Source of the DNA: Negaprion brevirostris
Taxonomy: Eukaryota
Length of the DNA: 64,000 nt
Direction: 5' to 3'
NCBI GenBank assembly: GCA_030324005.1
Contig: JARDVH010000073.1
Coordinates: forward strand, 56,226,870-56,290,869
Part shown: positions 27,248 through 36,630 of the stretch, piece by piece
Layout: every line of letters starts with the position of its first letter
Position numbering within the stretch: position 1 is the stretch's first letter
Notes under the pieces: generated by a model
Databases searched by the model: none
Seen by the model: only the letters and a program-made list of their open reading frames with translations
What the model was told of the DNA's origin: nothing
Made by a program: the position numbers and the translations under genes

Positions 27248-27800
27248 CACCCAAAAGTGATTCAGCGTGCAAGCCTCATGACTGCTCCCTGAGAAACACA
27301 AACAACCATGCAGGGTCTGTTTGGTGTGATCACATATCAACTGCACATTCAAAGAATGGAAACCTTTCCTGTTGATGAATGTGGCTAGCTGATGCCACTT
27401 GTGTGCAGTCAATAGTCCTTGCGCTTATCCTGGTACACTGTCCCCTTCTAGATGCCCTCGTGCATCAATGACTGAGAAATGCCACACAGTTCTGGAAGGA
27501 GACACTGGCAAAGAAATTTAGGGCTGTGGTGACTTTTAATGCATATGATTATCTCCAAGTCCTTGCAGGCATAGGTCTTCATGGAGCACCTAGTATTTGT
27601 GATTAACCACATCCCAGCACCTCTCAAGGTGCTTTTTGCATTGTCTTTCGCTTGACTGCAAGCAGTTACGCCATCTGCTATATACCTAATTTCAGGCCAA
27701 TGTTCACAGTTGCACTAGTCAGGTAGTCAGCATCTTGACCTTCTTGACACTTGGCTGCCTTTTGCTGCTCTCACCATTGCTGTTCCTGGTTGTGTGCCAA
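27248..27800 (-). pseudogene. HARBI1-type (DDE_Tnp_4) transposase N-terminal and central remnant
   Basis: Minus strand: ALKVTTALNFFASVSFQ, IDCTQVA, FINRKGFHSLNVQLICDH and GSSHEA (for GSxHDA). Confidence 0.85.
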
Positions 27801-27934
27801 TCTGCACCAGTTCCTCCTCAACTGGACCAGAGCCAGAAGATTGTCTGAGTCAGGCATTATTTATGCTTGAATGGATCTGAGAACAAATTGCCTCCAACTC
27901 TGAATCTTTAAGTCAATGCCTGGCATCTATCTAA

Positions 27935-28005
27935 TAAGAACATAAGAACATAAGAAATAGGAGCAGGAGTAGGCCATCTAGCCCCTCGAGCCTGCCCCGC
28001 CATTC
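27935..28005 (-). mobile_element. CR1 3' terminus running into a gap
   Basis: taagaacataagaacataagaaataggagcaggagtaggccatctagccc; near-identical to 59050-59106. Confidence 0.75.
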
Positions 28006-28125
28006 NNNNNNNNNNNNNNNNNNNNNNNNNNNNNNNNNNNNNNNNNNNNNNNNNNNNNNNNNNNNNNNNNNNNNNNNNNNNNNNNNNNNNNNNNNNNNNN
28101 NNNNNAGAAGAGGAATTGAGAACTG

Positions 28126-30042
28126 GGGGGCTATTTTACCGTCAAGTTGCCCCGTTTTTGGTTGCAAAAACCTGGCTGACGTGAGGAAAGTAATGCAATC
28201 TACACCTGTCTCCATGCCACTTCCCCCTTTAGCAAGGCCCAAAAATGGCTGCGATCAGGAATGCGCCCAAAACAGGCGTTACAGCCATTTAAATGTATTT
28301 GCATGCACTTCGATCCACTTAACAAGCTGTACGTCCAACTGTGCTGGCATGTCCTCCTTTACCACTGCGTTCACCCATCCAGAATCGGCCTGAAACAGAT
28401 ATGCTCCATAAAAGTGTGATTCGGGCGCTCCATCAGAGGGTTAGTGAGGAGGTAAGTGACTAGAGTCTGACGGCTCTGTGCTCCTTTTGTTGCAGCCATT
28501 TTGTTTCTCAGGTTGGGGTTTGCTCTGCCACTGTGTGGGGGGGGGCTGTTGCACAGCAGGGTGTCTAATGTCTGGTTTGCAGCACAGACCTGGGTATCAG
28601 CACTGACCTTGGATCTTGTGGTGCTGCTGAGTCCTAGTGCACTCAGCACTCTTCCAGCTGAAAGATGTGCACAAAGCCCTTGGAAATTGCAGTCTGAGAC
28701 CTTTTCAAGGAGCTGTGATTCTGGGGAGCATGTGGGTGGGGGAATAGGTAATATATGTTGCTGGCTAGTGGCAAGCAGTGTTGTTTAACCTCTTCATGTG
28801 TTCCTCTCCCTTGCCAACCCATCCTCCCATTCAGAGTGACGAGATGGCTTTTGCGATGCTACTGATTGATCATGCTACTGGAGCTGAGGAGGAGGAGCAG
28901 GAAGAAGAAATGCGAGCACAGGAGGCCCAGACTTAACACTTGCAGGTGAAGAGGGAGACAACCACCAGAGGCAGGAGGTGGTCACCACTTGCCCGGAGAT
29001 GGGCATGCAGCAGAAGGAGTGGACACCCTGGCAGTTCCATGTACGAATATCATTTGAACAGATGTATTGTACAATACAGCCACCTGATCTTTTCCTGCAT
29101 TGTGGTGGTATGTTGTGCCTGCACAATCTGGAACAGCAGAGAGGTAGTAGTTTGGAGGAGGAAGAGGAGAACGTGGAATCTGATAAGTCAGGTGTTACTG
29201 GGGAGGAGGCCGCCTAGTAGGAGGAGGAAGAGGAGAGCACACCAAGCAAAAAATCGTTCGTGGGTTCTGGGGAACCAATGGCTTCACTTTTTTCAGTGAC
29301 ACAGCATTGAAGGTCTTTCCCAGCTCTCATCAACATGAAGCATCCTTGCAGTGACCATCAATGGAAAAGGATTTCTATTCCAGACAAATCTGAGACATAT
29401 TAATCACACGTGGGTGGTGAAAAAACATTTAATGATGACATTAATGGTGTTAAAATAATAAGTTCTAACATAAAAACGTGTGAAAACATTTAGGTGCTTA
29501 AAGATTTATCTAACTAACGCAGCCCTTCAGTTGTTCCATCTTAGTGCAACTATAACTTCCTAACCTTACGTGGCTTACCACTACATCTCAGTGTCCCCTC
29601 AGAATGTACATCAGGGGTGGAGGATGCCAGCTTCCTACCTCTCGTCGTTGCCTGTGGAGCCGCTGCCACTCTATCTGTGATCGGTGCGGGTCAAAGGGCA
29701 TCTGCTGCCACACTGCCTGAGTTCAGTGGGAGGGGAATGGGGTCCGCTGCCACTCTGCCTGAGATCAGTGCGGGAGATGGTGATGGGGGATCAGGAGCGG
29801 GCTGTGATCAGTGTGGGTGGGGGCATATTAAGCCCCGCCCAGAAGCATCTGCAGTGGGGTTTGTGGACGGGGCATATTAAAGCCCACCCAGAAGCATCTG
29901 CCATGCGATTCGGAGTCACTGATATTTTTGAAGGTAAAGTGCACATGGGGAGCGTCTCAGAACAGGCCTAAAAGTCAGATCTGAAACACTCCCAGTTTCA
30001 AATCCACCCAGCACTTCAAATGAAAATGGTAAAATAGGGCCC
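28126..30042 (-). mobile_element. Internally deleted Harbinger element, opposite orientation to the 22058 copy
   Basis: TIRs GGGGGCTATTTTACC / GGTAAAATAGGGCCC with flanks ctg/ttg. Transposase remnants on + (RISFEQM joined to QYS..IVVVCCA.HNL, then an acidic tail). 29370-29660 matches the reverse complement of 24915-25200. Confidence 0.8.
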
Positions 30043-30448
30043 TTGAGGTTTAAAGGAACAACTCCATATAGCGTTGTGAAACCTGTAACTTAAGCAGTGG
30101 TAAATAGATTTACAATTTAAAAGCACTTCTATACACCAATGAATGAATGTTCAGTTCAATAATACTTATTTTGTATTACATAAATGGTATGCTGCAGATC
30201 ATTCAAGGAAGCCAAACTGTCATGACAATAAGCACATCTACATACATGTTGTAATCTGGAGCTATGGATAGTGATGGTAGAGTGAACAACTTTCTTTCTG
30301 TTACAATCTTACCAGGAATCTCTCCTATTCTTATTACTTGCCATTGGAACAATTTCATCAAATCATTTCGCCATGTTATAAACATACATTCTTTGGTCTT
30401 CAAGTCCTGGAGTGGACTCAGATACAGAACTTCTGGTTCAGAGACAAT

Positions 30449-31407
30449 GGGGGTGATTTTCCCACACCACCATGCTAATTTTCTAGCGCAGTATGGTTGG
30501 GAAAATCTTGTGTCTGGGTATGCGGGATTCGTGCATGCGTTCTCACCATGCTGGAAACCAATGGGAACACCTGTTAACTACTTTACATCTTATTTTAATG
30601 TGATTAGTGGTCCCGGGCCTGAATTCTCTGGACCCGCTAGCATCTCCCACCCCGCCAGGAGTATTTCAGTCCAGCGGGGTTCAGACCAGCTTCCCACTTT
30701 CGGGGAACTGGCAGTCTGACCTAACTGGAGTGAAGGGGGACAAACTGGGCCCCCTGGGGGTCAGACAATGGGGAGGGGGGGTTCTGTCCCCTGGGCATCC
30801 TAGCAGTGTCAGCCTGTGCGAAGGAGTGAGGTCTTTAGGGGATAGAGGTTGGTGCAATCAGTGGGGGTCCCGCTGCCACTCTGCATGGGTGTTGTGAGAT
30901 TTCTTNNNNNNNNNNNNNNNNNNNNNNNNNNNNNNNNNNNNNNNNNNNNNNNNNNNNNNNNNNNNNNNNNNNNNNNNNNNNNNNNNNNNNNNNNNNNNNN
31001 NNNNNGGGGTCCCGCTGCCACTCTGCATGGGTGTTGTGAGATTTCTTACTATGCATGGAGATTGATGGTGGCAGGAGGGAGGGCAGCGGTTGGGATGGGT
31101 GGGGTTTGGGATTGCTGGAGGGGGTGAATTTGTTTTGTAGGGGTGGGCTGGGAGGCTCTGTCGGAGGAGAGGGGGTGTTACTGGAGACCAGCACTGCGGG
31201 GATCCCGGGCTCGCCACGCGCAGAGGCCCACTGGTTTCAGCCTCTCTGGCGTGAATCAGCCCCACCCCCTGAAATATCATGCTGGTGGCTCTGCATTGCA
31301 CAGAGTATGGGTGATTCTTGTGCGAACTCCCACTGAAAGAAACAGTATGATTTACTCGTTTTCCCGTGAATTCAACACTCAAGAACATTTTTGGGAGAAT
31401 TCCACCC
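30449..31407. mobile_element. Non-autonomous Harbinger element
   Basis: TIRs GGGGGTGATTTTCCCA / TGGGAGAATTCCACCC and a perfect 3-bp TSD AAT (30446-30448, 31408-31410). Confidence 0.8.
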
Positions 31408-32009
31408 AATGATGTACTTATTGCGCCACAAGACCTCTTTACCAGCAAGGACAAAATTTGGATTTAAAGGCTTGACAATATTTTCACACATAGAGACTGT
31501 AAACCAGATACACGACTTTAATCTATCAGTCAATAGATGTAAAACTAGGAATTGTTGCATGGAATTTTTCCATATTTTCTTTGGGTATCAGTTCCAGTAA
31601 GAAAACCAGAGAATCTCGACGGTAGGAACTCTAACCGAATACTCGCCTCTTTGATAATTTAATTTTTCTTCATATGGATCATACGCACTTGTGGCAGCTT
31701 GCCTCTGATTCGCTCACATCATGAACTTGAACATTTAATCTTTGCAATCAGTGGGACGCTCCTTTTAAACAGTTCCCAGCACTTGTTCCTGATCCAGGGA
31801 ATGGCTGCCAGGAAACCAGCACCAAGGTCCTCTGAAGGAGCCCTGTCCAAACTTCTGCATGGTGCGAATCAGAGGTGTGACATCTTATAGCCATTTTCCC
31901 ACATATGCANNNNNNNNNNNNNNNNNNNNNNNNNNNNNNNNNNNNNNNNNNNNNNNNNNNNNNNNNNNNNNNNNNNNNNNNNNNNNNNNNNNNNNNNNNN
32001 NNNNNNNNN

Positions 32010-32875
32010 CACCAATGCCCTATACAGCTGCAGCAAGACCTCCCTACTTTTATATTCAATCCCCCTCGCTATGAAGGCCAGCATCCAAATACATAAAAAA
32101 GTCTTCCTGGGCTTTAGTAATCTGAAGAGTCTTAGTGAAACTCAATTTGGAGTACTGCGTACAATTTTGGCCACCATAGCCTAGAATGAATTTATGTGCC
32201 TGAGAGGAAGTACTACAAAGGTTCATCAGAGGGAGTCCTGGGATGATTGGATTGGCCTATGAAGAAAGATTGAGTAGATTAAGCCTATATTTCCCAGAGT
32301 TTAGAGGAATGATAGGGGATCTTATTAAAACAATTCTTATGAGGCTTCTGAGAGTAGATGCTGAGAAAATATCTTCCCTGGCTTGAGAGTCTAGAACGCC
32401 AGGCTGAAGTCCAACAAGTTTGATAGTTAAACCCACTAGCTTTCGGGGTCTGCTCCTTCATGAGGTGAGTGTCACCTGACAAAGGGGCAGACCCTGAAAG
32501 CTTGTGGGTTTACTATCAAATAAACTTGTTGAACTTTAACCTGGTGTTGCGAGATGACTTACTGTGTTTACCCCAGTCCAACGCCGGCATCTCCACATCA
32601 TGGGAGTCTAGAACACGGTAACAGAATAAGTTTAGAACTGAGATGAGCAGAAATCTCTTCTTTCAAATTATGTTTTGGGTTCTGTCTCACAGAGCCATGG
32701 ATGTTTAATTATTGAGCGTATTTAAGACAGAGGTATTTTGCACACTATATCCCAGAGATGTGGGGATACTGTGTGAAGACAAAGTTGAGCTCAAAGGTTA
32801 GCCATGATCTGTGAATGGCGAAACAGGCTTGAAGCTCTCAATAGCTTACTCCTGCTCCTGTTTCTTGTGTTATGA
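32010..32875. mobile_element. CR1 fragments (32010-32087 minus; ~32110-32875 plus, 3' end) interrupted by the palindromic element
   Basis: MLAFIARGIEYKSREVLLQLYRALV on minus; LEYCVQFWPP and RGDL.-type motifs plus a CR1 3' UTR on plus. Confidence 0.8.
32400..32601. mobile_element. Short palindromic Penelope-type element, copy 2, with two divergent hammerhead-like motifs
   Basis: Fold-back centred near 32470. Flanked by a ~15-bp duplication gagagtctagaacgc (32385-32399) / gggagtctagaacac (32602-32616). Motifs CAC-CTGACAA-AGGG..CCCT-GAAA-GCTT-GTG (+, 32473-32506) and CAC-CTCATGA-AGGAG..CCCC-GAAA-GCTA-GTG (-, 32434-32467). Confidence 0.78.
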
Positions 32876-34723
32876 TTTTGTCTGTCAGCACACAGACATC
32901 CAACTGGTCCAGTGCCCCAGGTATTTATTTTCCTAACCCTAGAGAAAGTTTGAATACCTAGTCTACATCATCCTGGCTTTCACTTGTACCACTTGACACA
33001 GTGAGCTATGTTGCAATCAGCATTCCAAAGCTTAAGATTCGGGTGGACTGGTTGAACCACTTCTACTGTATATCTCATTTCAAATCTAATTGCATGAGGT
33101 CCTGTGCTGCTGCTTACCAACACATTAGACAAATGAGTCCAATATTGTTAGTTGAGTTGTTTGTATTGATTGATGAAGGTGGCTCCTTGGTTGATATCTT
33201 TCAACTCTGGTCATCTCACTGCCATTTGTTTGTGACATTGAGTTGGGAATGTGATGGATAGTGATTTACCTTTGGCTGGGGAATTCCTCCCTTTCAGAGC
33301 TCAAGCCTATAGTCCTTCTGGAGAAGGATGGGTATGGGTGCTTCCTTTTTTAAACTGCTCCCTAGGACCTTTTGGGGGAGGAAGAAAGGGACAAGAGTCT
33401 AAGTATCTCCATTATTTACTGTTGATGTGATTTTCTTCTGTTTGCTTCTCATCCACCCTAGATTGTCAAAAAAAAGGATTATCATGTTGGTATGACACAC
33501 AGTGTGAAATCTTGTTCTCATAGTGTCTGTCTTGTGGTCTGTGATGAACAAAATAAAGCTCTACCACTGCTCTCCAGTGAAATATTGTTCACTTGGGAGC
33601 TGCTTCAATCTTGCCTTTACTGGGTTAATGGATTGGAATTTGGTTTTGATCCTTAGGTTTTTATTTGTGATGACTAACTTGGCTCTTGAGTCATCCCAGA
33701 TAAACAGTGATTTTTTTTTAATAAAAACACTTGATGCAGTTCTGCTTAGAGTGTGAACAAGATACAGAGTGTATGTGTTGAAATGGCATTTAATCCCTCT
33801 CATTTAAGAGATATCAGAGGTTGTATGTATCAGGCAGAGGTCGAAGTATTATTGATGATTAGCTGCTTGCAAATGGTGACTGAGTCAGGTCGTTTTCACC
33901 GAGTAAAGTTCTGTAAGTAAGTATTTTGGACACCTATTTATTCAAACGTGTTGTTACTAGCCAAAATAGTAAATCAGCGGCCTTATTAACTTGTTAATTT
34001 GCTATTCCTGTGGTAGTCAATGCTTAGCATGGGAACCCACACAAAAGCTCGTTTTCAGAATCACAAACATATTTGCTTGTAGGATTTATTTGAAGGATTC
34101 TGTTAATTATTGGGTAAAGTTGGCTCCTTTCACTTTAGTCAGTGAAATATCAGTTCTACCACATGCTGTTAAAGTTCACGTCTTTGGATCATGAGTTGGA
34201 TGTTTCTTTTTAAAAATGTAATCAATGTCAATTTAACTACCATAATTAAATAGCTTTATCTATCTTTGTCATGTTAGTTCATGATCTTTAGTTGTAGAAC
34301 AACCCATGTTTTTATGAGACATCCATGATAATCAGCTGAGTAGTCATCTTTGACCATATCTATCTGGTTCAGCTTCACCAATGCTGGCGTAAACAGTGCT
34401 TGCTTTCTCAACAACTCAGGTACATCTTTTTTTTAACTTTTCAGTTTCTATTTAAATGATTTCCCTAGTCTCAGAAATTTTAACAGAATTTTGCTACATA
34501 TATTGGGTACTACAATATTACACATGCTGCTGTGTATATTTTCAGTCTTTTTACAGAAGGCACATTGAAAATCATTTTATTGAGCTAAGACAAGTGCAAA
34601 CCAACAAAGTGGTTTATACATTACTTATTCATTAAAATAACTGATATGCATCTTGCTGCCACTTTTGAGCTGACTACCTACAAGTTTATTGCTGAGTTTT
34701 TGTTATTGGCTGCTTAAATTTAC

Positions 34724-35948
34724 TGGATGAATACCATCAAAAAGACATAACAGACTATCCTGATTATCGCATTATGACAGAATAACAGGTATGAAACGCC
34801 TCTGTGCTCATTATCATACATGTTGTCAGGCTAAAGACAACATCACAAAATCACGATTGTAATCTCAGGATTAATGAAGTGCAGGATAAAATAACCAGTC
34901 ACTGAGCTTAAAAAGGCCAAAGCACGGCTGTATCATTGAGCAACATTCAGGATCCATCCAGAGTTTCACTGAAACCTCTGCACCACCACCACTTTGTCGT
35001 CCCGAATCCCCGTCAAAGATAAGCCTTTTCTTTTGGGTGAAGGGGAGTTGAGATAAGTTGAGAAAGTTCTTGTTTGATTGAAGTGGTTGAAGACAGCCTG
35101 GGTGGGGATCAGTTCAGTGGTGGTTCACCAGTGATGCTGCTGGTGTTGATATAATGGCTGTGATTATGCATGAAGTTGCGGACAACTGTCACTGCTCCCC
35201 GGCATAGATTATTGGTGCCCATATTGATGAACTGCAAAATTTCCTAAAGAGAATGGATGAAGCAGAGAAGTGAATCAATGGAGAGGACAGTTTCCTTGAT
35301 GGGAGCTCACCTTGAGTCCTTGGAAATCCTGCGGCATGGTGTGTCATGCACACATCCTGGCTGACTCAGGGAGATGAGGCTGGCAAAGGCATATCCATGG
35401 GCCTAGTCTCCCAAGGGGTGCTGGGGTACAACTCCCAGCCGAATTTAAAAATGTACCACTATGTCTTCGCAGTCTTGATTTTTAAGGGCTGGAGTTCGAT
35501 TGAAGCACATTGTATCTGGTCTTCAAGGCTTGGGGTCAGTTAAAGCCTCCATTCACTGGTCTTGTAGTGTTTGTCGAGAAGGGTTGGAGGCAGCTGGACA
35601 TGTCTGATCCTTGCCACCCACCAGGGCCTGAGCTTTTCTTTGGGCTTTGGGACGGCAAAATGGTGGCAGTGCAGAGGCTTTGGTGAAACTCTGGATGGAT
35701 CCTGAATGTTGATCAATGACACTGCCATGCTTTAGCCTTTTTAAGCTCAGTGGGTGGTTATTTTGTCCAGCAATTCATCATTAACCTGAACTTTGCTCCC
35801 TTAAGATTATAATCCTGATTTTGTGATTTTTATTTTTATCCTGACAATATGTATGATATCTGGGCACAGAGGCATTTTATACCTGTTATCCTATCATATT
35901 CTGATTAATTAGGATAGTCTGTTTTGTCTTTCTGATGGTATTCGTCCA
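34724..35948. repeat. ~300-bp diverged inverted repeat (arms 34724-35024 and 35632-35948, ~600-bp spacer)
   Basis: For example caacattcaggatccatccagagtttcac vs gtgaaactctggatggatcctgaatgttg, cactgagcttaaaaaggc vs gcctttttaagctcagtg, and acagactatcct vs aggatagtctgt. Confidence 0.92.
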
Positions 35949-36499
35949 CGGCATGCCCTGTTTTGTAAGTCTCCTTCTTTCCACTGAAGTGTATGCTGAG
36001 TTGGTTGTATGATATGAGGGTTATGTTGCATTTACTTGGATTTTTTTTGTGTTGTAATTCTTGTATTTACGCTGAGGGAGTACAACTTTTAGTACCATTC
36101 ACTTTATTTTTTAATTAAGATGAGTAGTGGCACAGTAGGGTGGTGGATTGGTGCAGATATGTCTGGTATGGCATTAAGTCTTTATGGGCGAAGAGAATCT
36201 CATGTTAGAACGATTGGGGTTGCAATTTTTTTTGTAACTTTGTTCTGGGATTTAAGAATTCGTGCTTGTTCCCTGAGACAGTACAGGCTGATCATGTATC
36301 CTAGAAAAGACTGGGCACTTTTTTTGTTGTTGACATCTTTGGTGTTGTTGGCATGGGGGAATTATGCTCTGGTGCATGCCTGGTTGTACTTGACTAAGCC
36401 TTGGATATCTAGTCTTGTTAGGTTGGTCTACTATTTTGATTTGGCTGCAAGAGTAGTGGCAGTGGTTACTTGATGATTTATGGACTGTATGGTGGGCAT

Positions 36500-36630
36500 A
36501 TCATAGGATTCTTACAGTACAGGGGGCAGCCATTCAGCCCATCGAGCCTGCAATGACAGCAATCCCACCCAGGCTCTATCCCCATTATCACACGTATTTA
36601 CCCTGCTAATCCCCTAATACTAAGGGCCAA
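36500..36630 (-). mobile_element. SINE 3' tail fragment
   Basis: cataggattcttacagtacagggggcagccattcagcccatcgag matches the tails at 48125-48220 and 61030-61140. Confidence 0.65.

Larger units (their letters stand above)
22058..27930 (+). mobile_element. Decayed two-gene PIF/Harbinger transposon with nested CR1 and Gypsy fragments; right end not found
   Basis: Left terminus GGGACCTATTTTATC. Myb/SANT gene on + and HARBI1-type transposase on -, convergent. The first ~140 bp match the reverse complement of ~29900-30042. Confidence 0.8.

Noticed and set aside
22789-27800. Domesticated HARBI1/NAIF1-type host gene pair
   Set aside because: Many stops and frameshifts, a mutated splice donor, nested insertions, TIR present and multiple related copies: decayed transposon.
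30863-31050. Exact 42-bp direct repeat on both sides of a gap
   Set aside because: It could be a collapsed tandem array or an unmerged contig overlap; it cannot be resolved, and it is not a CRISPR-like array.
31749-31835. CAGTGGGAC (QWD) as a possible CREB3L2 exon 1
   Set aside because: The following residues (APFKQFPAL) do not match RKLSEL, there is no suitable in-frame ATG, and there is no convincing donor.
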